From positions 1 through 26,069 of the forward strand of contig JBGPGM010000001.1 in the NCBI GenBank assembly GCA_041483855.1: a stretch of DNA of 26,069 nucleotides, written 5' to 3'. The notes below the pieces were generated by a model that saw only the letters and a program-made list of their open reading frames with translations, searched no databases and was not told the DNA's origin. This document shows positions 1 through 9,464 of this stretch, piece by piece. The translations under genes and the position numbers were made by a program. The DNA is from Phycisphaerae bacterium. Lineage in GTDB: Bacteria > Planctomycetota > Phycisphaerae > Phycisphaerales > UBA1924. Numbering within the stretch: position 1 is the stretch's first letter; every line of letters begins with the position of its first letter.

Positions 1-2
1 AG

Positions 3-1475
3 CAGGCCGCCGCCGGCTCGACCGTCGAACTCGGCGAGTTCGAGGCGCTCCTCAAGAAGGAGTTCAAGCCCAAGTCCGACCACGCCAAGTCCGCCATCGC
101 GACCGCGGTCAAGACCCTGGCCGAGCAGGCGCTCGTCGGCACGCAACTGATCTCCAACGACGCCGTCAAGACCATCGAGTCAATCGTCGCCGAACTGGAC
201 CGCAAGCTCACCGAGCAGATCAACCTCATCATGCACCACCCGGAGTTCCAGGCCCTCGAGGGCACCTGGCGCGGCCTCTCGCACCTGGTCAACAACACCG
301 AGACGGACGAGACGCTCAAGATCCGCGTGCTCAACATCTCCAAGAAGGACCTGGGCAAGACTCTCAAGAAGTTCAAGGGCACCGCCTGGGACCAGAGCCC
401 GCTGTTCAAGCGGCTCTACGAGGATGAATACGGCTCCCCCGGCGGCTCCCCCTACGGCTGCCTCATGGGCGACTACCACTTCGACCACAGCCCGCCCGAC
501 GTGGAGATCCTGGCCGGCATGGCCCAGATCGCCGCTGCGGGGCACGCCCCCTTCATTTCTGCCGCAGGCCCGAGCCTGATGAACATGGAGTCGTGGCAGG
601 AACTCTCCAACCCGCGCGACCTGACGAAGATCTTCGGCACGGCCGAATACGCCGCTTGGCGGTCGCTCCGCGACTCCGATGACGCCAAGTACATTGGCCT
701 GACCTGCCCGCGGTTCCTAGCCCGGCTGCCCTACGGCGCCAAGACCAACCCGGTCGAGGACTTCGCATTCGAGGAGGACACCGAAGGCGCGGACCACAAT
801 AAGTTCACCTGGGCTAACTCCGCCTACGCCATGGCCACCAACATCAACAAGGCCTTCAAGTTGTACGGTTGGTGTACGCGTATCCGCGGCGTCGAAAGCG
901 GCGGCATGGTCGAGGGTCTCCCCGTACACACCTTCCCCACGGACGACGGCGGCGTGGACATGAAATGTCCCACCGAGATCGCCATCACCGACCGTCGCGA
1001 GGCCGAACTGGCCAAGAACGGCATGATGCCCCTGTCCCACTGGAAGAACACCGACTACGCCGTGTTCGTCGGCGCCCAGTCGCTGCATAAGCCCGCCGAG
1101 TACGACGATCCCGACGCCACCGCCAACGCCAATCTCGGCGCACGCCTCCCCTACCTCTTCTCCACGTGCCGCTTCGCCCACTACCTCAAGTGCATCGTCC
1201 GCGACAAGATCGGCTCCTTCAAGGAGCGCGGCGACATGGAGAAGTGGCTCAATAACTGGATCATGAAATACGTCGAGCCCGACCCGGCCAACGCCACCGA
1301 GGAGGCCAAGGCCCGGCGGCCCTTGGCCGCAGCCGAGGTGGTCGTCGAGGAGATCGAGGGCAACCCCGGCTATTACTCGTCCAAGATCTTCCTGCGTCCG
1401 CACTACCAGCTGGAGGGCCTGACGGTTTCGCTGCGCCTGGTCTCGAAACTGCCTTCGGCCAAGGGCGGCGGATAA
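3..1475 (+). CDS. tssC: T6SS contractile sheath large subunit TssC/VipB (5'-truncated by window edge)
   Basis: Frame is open from base 3 (QAAAGSTVELGEFEALLKKEFKPK...LDRKLTEQINLIMHHPEFQALEGTWRGL), so the ATG at 231 is internal. Motifs HHPEFQxLEgtWRGL, WDQSPLFKRLYEDEYG, CPTEIAITDRREAEL and LRPHYQLEGL are typical of TssC. Confidence 0.97.
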   Translation, partial: QAAAGSTVELGEFEALLKKEFKPKSDHAKSAIATAVKTLAEQALVGTQLISNDAVKTIESIVAELDRKLTEQINLIMHHPEFQALEGTWRGLSHLVNNTETDETLKIRVLNISKKDLGKTLKKFKGTAWDQSPLFKRLYEDEYGSPGGSPYGCLMGDYHFDHSPPDVEILAGMAQIAAAGHAPFISAAGPSLMNMESWQELSNPRDLTKIFGTAEYAAWRSLRDSDDAKYIGLTCPRFLARLPYGAKTNPVEDFAFEEDTEGADHNKFTWANSAYAMATNINKAFKLYGWCTRIRGVESGGMVEGLPVHTFPTDDGGVDMKCPTEIAITDRREAELAKNGMMPLSHWKNTDYAVFVGAQSLHKPAEYDDPDATANANLGARLPYLFSTCRFAHYLKCIVRDKIGSFKERGDMEKWLNNWIMKYVEPDPANATEEAKARRPLAAAEVVVEEIEGNPGYYSSKIFLRPHYQLEGLTVSLRLVSKLPSAKGGG

Positions 1476-1589
1476 CGCTTATCTCAATGGCCGGCCCGTG
1501 TGGGACGGCGACCGGACAAGGGCCTGGCCCGGCGCGGATCAGGCGGTCGGATGGTTGGACCCGGACACTACGCATAGGGAGACGCGACG

Positions 1590-2090
1590 ATGTCAGTGGA
1601 CATGTTCATCAAGATCGACGGGATCAAGGGCGACAGCACGGACAGCAAGCACAAGGACTGGATCGAAGTGCTGTCGTACCGGCACGAGATCGGGCAGGCC
1701 ACCGGCGGCTCCGCCAGCGCCCAGGGCACCCTGGCCGGCGGACGCGCCGACCACGGCGACTTCACCTTCACCAAGCGACTGGACAGCGCCTCGCCGGTGC
1801 TCTACCTCTACGTCTGCACGGCCAAGCCCATTCCCAACATCGAGTTCCAGCTCTGCCGCGCCATGGGCGACAAGACCACCTTCATGATCTACACCTTCCA
1901 GGACTCCATCATCGCCGGCGCCCTCCCCAAGGGCGAGGCCGAGGGCGACGACATCATTCCCCTTGAGGAGGTCCGCATCCGCTACGGCGCCATCAAGTGG
2001 TCCTACACCCCGACGGACCCCAAGAGCGGCGGCAAGACGGGCGCGGCGGTCCAGGCCGGCTGGAGCACGCTCGAGAACAAGACCCTGTAA
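1590..2090 (+). CDS. hcp: T6SS tube protein Hcp/TssD
   Basis: MFIKIDGIKGDSTDSKHKDWIEVLSY, FTFTKRLDSASPVL and EEVRIRYGAIKWSY match Hcp. SD-like GGGAG lies upstream of the ATG; gene follows tssC. Confidence 0.97.
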   Translation: MSVDMFIKIDGIKGDSTDSKHKDWIEVLSYRHEIGQATGGSASAQGTLAGGRADHGDFTFTKRLDSASPVLYLYVCTAKPIPNIEFQLCRAMGDKTTFMIYTFQDSIIAGALPKGEAEGDDIIPLEEVRIRYGAIKWSYTPTDPKSGGKTGAAVQAGWSTLENKTL

Positions 2091-2169
2091 GCGCCGGATC
2101 GGGTTCGCAGCGGTCGCGTGAGTTTCCTTGACGGACGTTCGGCCCACGCCGACCGTGCCGTCTTTCGTT

Positions 2170-2208
2170 TGTGTGCGTGTGTGTGTGGAGCTGCGCGGCG
2201 CGGGGGGG
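2170..2208. repeat. Short (GT)n-like tract plus G7 run in the hcp-tagJ spacer
   Basis: tgtgtgcgtgtgtgtgtg at 2170-2187 and ggggggg at 2202-2208, read directly from the sequence. Confidence 0.6.
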
Positions 2209-2254
2209 ACCGTTGATCGGCGCCATGCCCGCGATCGCGTGCAGGAGTTTCCCG

Positions 2255-3118
2255 ATGCGAGCCGAGGAGTGCCTGAAGAACGGGCAGATCGACGAGGCGA
2301 TCGGCGAGCTCCAGCAGGCCGTGCGTGCCAAGCCCGCGGATGCAAAGCTCCGCGTGTTCCTGTTCCAGCTCCTGTGCGTCATGGGCCGCTGGGAAAAAGC
2401 GATGACGCAGCTCAACGTGGCCGCGGAGATGGACCCCACGAACCTGCTCATGGCCCAGGTCTGCCGGCCGGCGCTCAACTGCGAGGCCCTGCGTGCCGAG
2501 ATCTTCGCCGGCAAGCGCCTTCCGCTGGTCATGGGGGAGCCCGAGGAGTGGGTCGGCCTGCTCGTCCAGGCCGCGCAGATGGCGGCGCAGGACCGGTTCG
2601 AGGACTCGGCCGCGCTGCGGGACCGGGCCCTGGAGGCCGCGCCGGCCATCGCCGGGACGATCGACGGCCAGCCCTTCGACTGGATCGCCGACGCGGACAA
2701 TCGGCTCGGGCCGCTCCTGGAGGCGATCGTGGACGGGCGGTACTACTGGATCCCGTTCACGAAGATCGCGCAGATCCAGATCGACCCGCCGCAGGACTTG
2801 CGCGACGTGGTGTGGCTGCCGGCGCACCTGACGCTCACCAACGGCGGCCGGGTGATCGCGCTGCTCCCGGCTCGGTATCCGGGCTCCGAGTCCCACGCCG
2901 ATCCCGCCATCCGCCTGGCCCGCAAGACCGAATGGACGGAGCGCCCGGGGGGCCTGTTCGTAGGTGCCGGCCAGCGGCTGCTGGCCACCAACGAGGGCGA
3001 GCACCCGTTGCTCCAGACGCGCCTGGTTGTCCTGGACCAGCCCGGTGGCCGGGTTGCGGAGGAGGGTGCACCGGCCGCCGACGCGCCCGCGCCAGCACCG
3101 GAGGGTGACCATGGCTGA
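2255..3118 (+). CDS. tagJ: T6SS accessory protein TagJ (ImpE/SciE/HsiE family)
   Basis: Start moved to ATG 2255, which has AGGAG at 2243-2247. TPR-like N-terminus (RVFLFQLLCVMGRWEKA), then WIADADNRLGPLLE, YYWIPF and RDVVWLPA, typical of ImpE/TagJ. Sits between hcp and tssE. Confidence 0.9.
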   Translation: MRAEECLKNGQIDEAIGELQQAVRAKPADAKLRVFLFQLLCVMGRWEKAMTQLNVAAEMDPTNLLMAQVCRPALNCEALRAEIFAGKRLPLVMGEPEEWVGLLVQAAQMAAQDRFEDSAALRDRALEAAPAIAGTIDGQPFDWIADADNRLGPLLEAIVDGRYYWIPFTKIAQIQIDPPQDLRDVVWLPAHLTLTNGGRVIALLPARYPGSESHADPAIRLARKTEWTERPGGLFVGAGQRLLATNEGEHPLLQTRLVVLDQPGGRVAEEGAPAADAPAPAPEGDHG

Positions 3119-3617
3119 ACTGACCACGCGCGAGCGTCGCCAGCCATGCCTGCTTGACCGCCTGACGGACGATGAATCCAACGTCCAGCAAGAGAGCCGG
3201 GAGCGCCGCGTCATCTCCCTGGCGCAGCTGCGTAAGAGCGTCCTGCGCGACCTGTCCTGGCTGCTCAACACCAGCGCCCGTGCCGACGCCGAGGCCATCA
3301 ACGACTTCCCCCAGGTCGCCACGTCCGTGCTGAACTTCGGGATCCCCGACATGTGCGGGCTGACCGTGTCGAGCATCAGCGCCGTGGACGTCGAGCGGAT
3401 GGTGCTCGAGGCCATCCACCGCTTCGAGCCGCGCATCCTCCGCAAGAGCCTGACCGTCCGCGCCGTGTCCGACCACGAGAAGATGGCGGGCAACGCCGTG
3501 GCCTTCGAGATCAGCGGCATGCTCTGGGCCCAGCCTTTGCCCGAGCAGCTGTACGTCAAGACGGAAGTGGACCTGGAGACCGGCCAGTGCACCGTGGCGG
3601 AGCGCCCCAATGGATAG
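3111..3617 (+). CDS. tssE: T6SS baseplate subunit TssE (gp25-like)
   Basis: Start at ATG 3111 (GGAGGG upstream; 8-bp overlap with tagJ). Motifs PCLLDRLTDD, VLRDLSWLLNT, VLNFGIPD and IHRFEPRI. Confidence 0.95.
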   Translation: MAELTTRERRQPCLLDRLTDDESNVQQESRERRVISLAQLRKSVLRDLSWLLNTSARADAEAINDFPQVATSVLNFGIPDMCGLTVSSISAVDVERMVLEAIHRFEPRILRKSLTVRAVSDHEKMAGNAVAFEISGMLWAQPLPEQLYVKTEVDLETGQCTVAERPNG

Positions 3618-5490
3618 GCGGCTGCTCAGGTACTACAACCGCGAACTGCAGCACATCCGCGAGACCGCCGGCGAGTTCGCCAAGGAGTTCCCCAAGATCG
3701 CCGGCCGGCTCGGCATGGACGGCATGGAGTGCGCCGACCCGTACGTCGAGCGCCTGCTCGAGGGCTTCGCGTTTCTGGCCGCGCGCGTCCAGCTGAAGCT
3801 CGACGCCGAGTTCCCCCGGTTCACGCAGAGCCTGCTCGAGACCGTCTACCCGCACTACCTGGCCCCCACGCCCTCCATGGCCATCGCCCAGTTCAAGCCC
3901 GACCTGGCCGAGGGCAGCCTGGCCGAGGGGTTCGTGCTCAAGCGCGGCCGGGCCCTGCGGAGCACCATCGGCAAGGGCGACCTGACCGCCTGCGACTACC
4001 GTACCGCCCACGATGTCACCATGTTCCCGATCGAGGTGGCGTCCGCCGAGTACCACACCCGCGGGTTGGCCGCGCTGCAGGTCCCCGACATCCCCGGCGT
4101 CAAGGCCGGCATACGGCTGCGCCTCAAGAGCACGGCGGGCCTGACATTCGACAAGATCAAGATGGACCGGCTGGCCTTCTACCTGCACGGCACGGACGAG
4201 ACGCCGATGCGCGTCTATGAGCAGCTGGTGGCCCACACCCGCGCCGTCGTCGTCCAGCCCGTGCGCACCCCCGTCACCTGGCACGAGGTGGCCCCGGGGG
4301 AGGGGGGGGCCGTGCGCCGCCTGGGCTTCCGTGACGACGAGGCGATGCTGCCCTTCGGCGCCCGCTCCTTCCAGGGCTACCGCCTCCTGCACGAGTACTT
4401 CACGCTCCCCCAGCGCTTCCTGTTCGTGGAACTGACCGGCCTGTCCCGCGGCGCCCAGCGCTGCAAGGACACCGAACTGGACATCGTGATCCTGCTCAAG
4501 GAGGCCAACCTGGACCTGGAGAGCGGCTTCGGGCCCTCCATCTTCGTCCCGTTCTGCACGCCCGCCATCAACCTCTTCCACAAGCGCACCGACCGCATCC
4601 ACGTCACCGACCGCTTCAGCGAGTACCAGGTCATCGCGGACCGCACGCGCCCGCTCGACTTCGAGATCTACCAGGTCCTCAACGTCACCGGCTACGGCGA
4701 GGACTCCGAGACCATGCAGGAGTTCCTGCCGTTCTACGCGGCGCGAGACGTGGACCGAGACGGCAGCGGCAGCGGCGCGTACTTCGCCGTCAACCGCGTC
4801 CCCCGCACCCCGTCCAGCCGCGAGGTCCAGCAGGGCCGCCGCTCGTCGTACCCCGGCAGCGAGCTGTACGTCTCCCTGGTGGACGCCGCGGCCGCGCCGT
4901 TCCGCACCGACCTCCGCCAGTTGGGCGTCGAGGCGCTGTGCACGAACCGCGATCTGCCGCTGCGCATGCCGGTCGCGCGCGGGCGCACGGATTTCACCAT
5001 GGAGGAAGGCGCGCCGGTCGAGTCCGTCAAGTGCCTCTCCGGTCCCACGGTCCCGACGCCCTCGTACGCCGAGGGCGAGACCGCCTGGCGCGTCGTGAGC
5101 CACCTGGCCCTGAACTACCACTCGCTCATCGACGCCGACGCCGGGCAGGGCGCCACCGCACTCCGCGACATCCTCAAACTCTATGGCGACTCCGGTGAGG
5201 CCCACATCCGCAAGCAGATCGAAGGCACCAAGTCCATCTCGCACAAGCCCATCACCCGGCGCGCCGCCACGCCGGGCCCCATCGCCTTCGCGCGCGGCCT
5301 GGAGGTCACCGTGACCTTCGACGAGGCCGCCTTCGAGGGCACGGGCGTCTTCGTCCTTGGCGCTGTCCTCGAACAGTTCTTCGCCAAGTACGTGTCCCTC
5401 AACTCGTTCACCGAGACCGTCGTCCGCACGCTCGGTCGCGGGGAGATCATGCGATGGCCGGCGAGAGTGGGTCAGCGTCACATTATCTGA
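3610..5490 (+). CDS. tssF: T6SS baseplate subunit TssF
   Basis: LLRYYNRELQHIRE...EFAKEFPKIAGRL, DPYVERLLEGFAFL, YRLLHEYFTLPQRFLF and CTPAINLF. 626 aa; overlaps tssE and tssG. Confidence 0.97.
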   Translation: MDRRLLRYYNRELQHIRETAGEFAKEFPKIAGRLGMDGMECADPYVERLLEGFAFLAARVQLKLDAEFPRFTQSLLETVYPHYLAPTPSMAIAQFKPDLAEGSLAEGFVLKRGRALRSTIGKGDLTACDYRTAHDVTMFPIEVASAEYHTRGLAALQVPDIPGVKAGIRLRLKSTAGLTFDKIKMDRLAFYLHGTDETPMRVYEQLVAHTRAVVVQPVRTPVTWHEVAPGEGGAVRRLGFRDDEAMLPFGARSFQGYRLLHEYFTLPQRFLFVELTGLSRGAQRCKDTELDIVILLKEANLDLESGFGPSIFVPFCTPAINLFHKRTDRIHVTDRFSEYQVIADRTRPLDFEIYQVLNVTGYGEDSETMQEFLPFYAARDVDRDGSGSGAYFAVNRVPRTPSSREVQQGRRSSYPGSELYVSLVDAAAAPFRTDLRQLGVEALCTNRDLPLRMPVARGRTDFTMEEGAPVESVKCLSGPTVPTPSYAEGETAWRVVSHLALNYHSLIDADAGQGATALRDILKLYGDSGEAHIRKQIEGTKSISHKPITRRAATPGPIAFARGLEVTVTFDEAAFEGTGVFVLGAVLEQFFAKYVSLNSFTETVVRTLGRGEIMRWPARVGQRHII

Positions 5491-6530
5491 CGCAGGACCT
5501 CATCCAGAGACTCCACCAGTCTCCCTTCAGTTTCAACTTCTTCCAGGCCGTGCGCCGGCTCGAGTGCGCGGCCCCGGAGCGCCCGCGCGTCGGCTTCTCC
5601 CAGCGGCTGGCCGACGATCCCGTGCGTTTCTGCCAGGAGCCTTCGCTGGCATTCGCTCCCTCCACGATCTCCGCCGTCCGCCCGGCGGAGGGGGAGGTCG
5701 CGGCCCGGATGTTCGTCCAGTTCATGGGCATGCTGGGCCCCAACGGCCCCCTGCCCCTGCACCTGACCGAGTACATCCGCGACCGCGAGCGCAACCACGC
5801 CGACCCGACCCTCGCCCGCTTCCTGGACGTCTTCAACCACCGGATGGTCAGCCTCTTCTACCGCGCCTGGGCCGCCAGCCAGCAGGCCGTCAACTTCGAG
5901 CGTGGGCCCGCCGACCGCTTCGGCGTCTACTTCGCCAGCCTCTTCGGCTTGGGCATGGATTCCCTGCTCAAGCGCGACTCCGTCGCCGACGTGGCCAAGA
6001 TCCATTACTCCGGCCGGCTCGTCTGCCAGACGCGCCACGCCGAGGGCCTGCGCAGCATCATCCAGGACTACTTCGGCATCCCCACCGACATCCGCGAGTT
6101 CGTCGGTCAGTGGCTCGACTTGCCCTACGACTCCCGGTGCCGCCTGGCCGAAGGCCGCGCCACCGGCCTGATCGGCTTCACCGCCATCGTCGGTCAGCGC
6201 GTCTGGGACTGCCAGCAGAAGTTCAGGCTCACCCTCGGACCCATGCCCTACGCCGACTATGAACGCCTGCTCCCCGGCGGCGGGAGCATCCGGCGCCTGG
6301 CCGACTGGGTCGGCGACTATATTGGCCGCGAAATGGCCTGGGACCTGCACCTGATCCTCAAGGCCGACGAGGTGCCCGCCGTGAGTCTTGGTAGACTCGG
6401 CAGGCTCGGCTGGTCCACCTGGCTCAAGGCCGACCCCGCTCGGCCCTTCGCCAGGGACGCCGACGACCTGGTCCTTAGCCCCGGCTCCATCCAGCGGGCC
6501 GCACAAGCAGCAGTAAGCAGCAAGCAGTAA
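5454..6530 (+). CDS. tssG: T6SS baseplate subunit TssG
   Basis: FNFFQAVRRLE, PSLAFAPS, GMLGPNGPLPLHLTE, FLDVFNHRMVSLFYRAW and RFGVYFASLFGLG. Overlaps the tssF end as usual; exact start codon uncertain. Confidence 0.95.
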   Translation: MAGESGSASHYLTQDLIQRLHQSPFSFNFFQAVRRLECAAPERPRVGFSQRLADDPVRFCQEPSLAFAPSTISAVRPAEGEVAARMFVQFMGMLGPNGPLPLHLTEYIRDRERNHADPTLARFLDVFNHRMVSLFYRAWAASQQAVNFERGPADRFGVYFASLFGLGMDSLLKRDSVADVAKIHYSGRLVCQTRHAEGLRSIIQDYFGIPTDIREFVGQWLDLPYDSRCRLAEGRATGLIGFTAIVGQRVWDCQQKFRLTLGPMPYADYERLLPGGGSIRRLADWVGDYIGREMAWDLHLILKADEVPAVSLGRLGRLGWSTWLKADPARPFARDADDLVLSPGSIQRAAQAAVSSKQ

Positions 6531-6563
6531 GCACCGCCCACTCTCCGCTGCTCACTGCCTCCT
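6512..6563. repeat. Heptamer array (AGYAAGC x3) followed by degenerate complementary heptamers
   Basis: AGTAAGC-AGCAAGC-AGTAAGC at 6512-6532, then GCCCACT-CTCCGCT-GCTCACT-GCCTCCT at 6536-6563. The tssG stop codon lies inside the array. Confidence 0.55.
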
Positions 6564-6582
6564 CTTCCTTCCGGAGCACGCC

Positions 6583-9324
6583 ATGAGCGAGATCAGCCGT
6601 GTCAAACTGTTCGGCAAACTCAACAGCCTCGGGTACAGGTCCGTCGAGGGGGCGACGGTCTTCTGCAAGCTCCGCGGCAACCCGTACGTCGAGCTCGTGC
6701 ACGTTCTGCACCAGATCCTGCAAGTGCAGGAGTCCGACTTCCATCGCATCATCCGCCACTTCGAGTTGGACCCGGCCCGGCTCGCCGCGGACTTCACCGC
6801 GGCCCTGGACCGCCTGCCGCGCGGTGCCACGTCGATCTCCGACCTGTCGCCGCACCTGGAGGACTCGGTGGAGCGCGGCTGGGTCTACGGCTCGCTGATG
6901 TACGGCGACTCGCAGGTCCGGACCGGTCACCTCGTCCTGGGCATTCTCAAGACGCCGCCGCTCAAGCACGTCCTGCTGGGGATCTCCGGCCAGTTCGCCA
7001 AGATCAAGGAGGACGAACTGGCCGACGATTTCCACAAGATCGTCGCCGGCTCGCCGGAAGACGCTCTGCGGGCCACCGACGGCTCGATGGTTGGCGGCGG
7101 TGCCGGGGCCGCCCCCGGCGAGGCCAGCGGCGCCATGGCCCCCGCCCAGATGGGCAAGCAGGAGGCGCTGGGCAAGTACACGGTGGACCTGACGGACAAG
7201 GCCCGCAAGGGCGAGATCGACCCCATCGTTGGCCGCGACGAGGAGATCCGCCAGGCCGTTGACATCCTCATGCGCCGCCGCCAGAACAACCCCATCCTCA
7301 CCGGCGAGGCGGGCGTGGGCAAGACGGCCGTGGTCGAGGGCTTTGCCCTGCGCCTGGTCGCCGGCGACGTGCCCCCGGCCCTCAAGGACGTCGCTCTCAA
7401 GACCCTCGATCTGGGCTTGCTCCAGGCCGGCGCCAGCATGAAGGGCGAGTTCGAGAATCGCTTGCGCCAGGTCATCGAGGAGGTCCAGGCCTCCCCCAAG
7501 CCCATCATCCTCTTCATAGACGAGGCCCACCAGCTCATCGGCGCCGGCGGCGCCGCCGGCCAGGGCGATGCCGCCAACCTCCTCAAGCCCGCGCTGGCCC
7601 GCGGCACCCTGCGGACCATCGCCGCCACCACCGCCGCCGAATACCGCAAGTACTTCGAGAAGGACCCGGCCCTGACCCGCCGCTTCCAGGTCATCAAGAT
7701 CGACGAGCCCAGCGAGGCCAAGGCCCTGCTGATGATGCGCGGCATGGCCAGCACGCTCGAAAAGCACCATCGCGTGCAGATCCTGGACGAGGGCCTCGAG
7801 GCCGCGGTCAAACTCTCCCACCGCTACATCCCCGCGCGCCAACTGCCCGACAAGGCCGTCAGCCTGATCGACACCGCCTGCGCCCGCGTTGCCATCGGCC
7901 AGCACGCCGTCCCCGCCGAGGTGGACGACTGCCGCCGGCTCATCCAGGCCTTGCAGACGGAACTGGAGATCATCGACCGCGAGCAGGCCGTCGGCGTGGA
8001 CCACAACGCACGCCGGACCGAGACGATCGCCAGGCTTGACACCGAGCGCGCCCGCCTCAAGGACCTCGAACAGCACTGGGGCGACGAGAAGGAACTGGTC
8101 GCCAAGATCCTGGACATCCGCGCCAAGCTCCGCGGCGCGATCTCCCCGGTAGAGGGCACCGGCAGCAAGACCGAGGCCGCGGCCAAGGGTGAGGCCCCCC
8201 CGCCCGCCAAGATCGTGGAGCTGTCCGAGTCCCAGCGGGCGGCGTGCCTGGCGGAACTCAAGACGCTCCAGGGAAAGCTGACCCAGATGCAGGGCGACCG
8301 CCCGCTCATCCTCCCCAGCGTGGACGCCAGCGCGGTCTCCTCGGTCGTGGCGGACTGGACGGGCATCCCGGTGGGCCGGATGGTCAAGAACGAGGTCGAG
8401 TCGGTGCTGCAGCTGGCCGACACGCTCGAGAAGCGGATCATCGGCCAGCGTCACGCCCTGGACGCCATCGCCAAGCGCATCCGCACCAGCCGCGCAGGCC
8501 TGGACAACCCCGGCAAGCCCATCGGCGTGTTCATGTTCGCCGGCACGAGCGGCACGGGCAAGACGGAGACCGCCCTGGCCCTGGCCGAAACGCTCTACGG
8601 CGGCGAGCACAACGTCATCACCATCAACATGTCCGAATACCAGGAGGCGCACAAGGTCGCCACGCTCATGGGCTCGCCGCCGGGCTACGTCGGCTACGGC
8701 GATGGCGGCGTACTGACCGAGGCGGTGCGGCGCCGCCCCTACTCGGTCGTCCTGCTCGACGAGGTGGAGAAGGCCCACCCCGACGTGCACGAGATCTTCT
8801 TCCAGGTCTTCGACAAGGGGTTCATGAAGGACTCCGAAGGGCGCGACATCAACTTCAAGAACACGATCATCCTCCTGACCACCAACGCCGGGTCGGACCT
8901 GATCATGAACATGTGCAAGGACCCCGACCTCATGCCCGACCCGGACGGGATCGCCAAGGCCCTGCGCGAGCCCCTTCTCAAGATCTTCCCCGCCGCGCTG
9001 CTGGGCCGACTGGTCGTCATCCCGTTCTACCCCCTCAGCGACGACATGCTCAAGAACATCATCCGGCTCCAGCTGGGGCGGATCCAGAGGCGGGTCAAGC
9101 AGAACCAGAAGGTGCCCTTCACCTACGACGATGAGGTGGTCAAGCTGATCCTGAGCCGATGTACCGAGCGGGAGAGCGGCGGGCGCATGGTGGACGCCAT
9201 CCTCACGCACACGCTCCTGCCGGCCATCAGCACCGAGTACCTCAACCGCCTGCTCCAGGGCGGCCGGATCAACCGGGTCCACATCAGCGTCCACGACAGC
9301 GACTTCGCCTACGCCTTCGACTGA
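6583..9324 (+). CDS. clpV: T6SS AAA+ ATPase ClpV/TssH
   Basis: ClpV-type N-terminus (KLFGKLN...CKLRGNPYVELVH). Walker A GEAGVGKT and GTSGTGKT, Walker B LFIDEAH and LLDEVEKAH. C-terminal ESGGRMVDAILTHTLLP. Confidence 0.97.
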   Translation: MSEISRVKLFGKLNSLGYRSVEGATVFCKLRGNPYVELVHVLHQILQVQESDFHRIIRHFELDPARLAADFTAALDRLPRGATSISDLSPHLEDSVERGWVYGSLMYGDSQVRTGHLVLGILKTPPLKHVLLGISGQFAKIKEDELADDFHKIVAGSPEDALRATDGSMVGGGAGAAPGEASGAMAPAQMGKQEALGKYTVDLTDKARKGEIDPIVGRDEEIRQAVDILMRRRQNNPILTGEAGVGKTAVVEGFALRLVAGDVPPALKDVALKTLDLGLLQAGASMKGEFENRLRQVIEEVQASPKPIILFIDEAHQLIGAGGAAGQGDAANLLKPALARGTLRTIAATTAAEYRKYFEKDPALTRRFQVIKIDEPSEAKALLMMRGMASTLEKHHRVQILDEGLEAAVKLSHRYIPARQLPDKAVSLIDTACARVAIGQHAVPAEVDDCRRLIQALQTELEIIDREQAVGVDHNARRTETIARLDTERARLKDLEQHWGDEKELVAKILDIRAKLRGAISPVEGTGSKTEAAAKGEAPPPAKIVELSESQRAACLAELKTLQGKLTQMQGDRPLILPSVDASAVSSVVADWTGIPVGRMVKNEVESVLQLADTLEKRIIGQRHALDAIAKRIRTSRAGLDNPGKPIGVFMFAGTSGTGKTETALALAETLYGGEHNVITINMSEYQEAHKVATLMGSPPGYVGYGDGGVLTEAVRRRPYSVVLLDEVEKAHPDVHEIFFQVFDKGFMKDSEGRDINFKNTIILLTTNAGSDLIMNMCKDPDLMPDPDGIAKALREPLLKIFPAALLGRLVVIPFYPLSDDMLKNIIRLQLGRIQRRVKQNQKVPFTYDDEVVKLILSRCTERESGGRMVDAILTHTLLPAISTEYLNRLLQGGRINRVHISVHDSDFAYAFD

Positions 9325-9345
9325 TCGCGGGCCGGGCGTGCCGCC

Positions 9346-9373
9346 CCGCCCGGGCCCGGGACGGCCCGGGCGG
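9346..9373. terminator. Perfect 11-bp GC stem-loop after clpV (no U-tract; terminator or RNA-stability hairpin)
   Basis: ccgcccgggcc (9346-9356), loop cgggac, ggcccgggcgg (9363-9373). No poly-T follows directly, so intrinsic termination is uncertain. Confidence 0.4.
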
Positions 9374-9428
9374 CGCCGGGCGTGCTCCCCCGCCGCCGCT
9401 GCGCCCGCCGGGCGTTTCTGTCGCTTTC

Positions 9429-9437
9429 TGGTATAGT
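9429..9437 (+). promoter_or_regulatory. Extended -10 promoter candidate upstream of vgrG (TG-G-TATAGT)
   Basis: tggtatagt at 9429-9437, 27 bp before the vgrG ATG, with SD-like GGGAGAG at 9452-9458. An AT-rich patch in otherwise very GC-rich DNA. Confidence 0.55.
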
Positions 9438-9464
9438 GATCGGGCACCGCCGGGAGAGTCGCCA

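Noticed and set aside
1476-1589. Sigma54 promoter before hcp
   Set aside because: No GG-N10-GC with TGGCAC/TTGC context found among the TGG sites checked.
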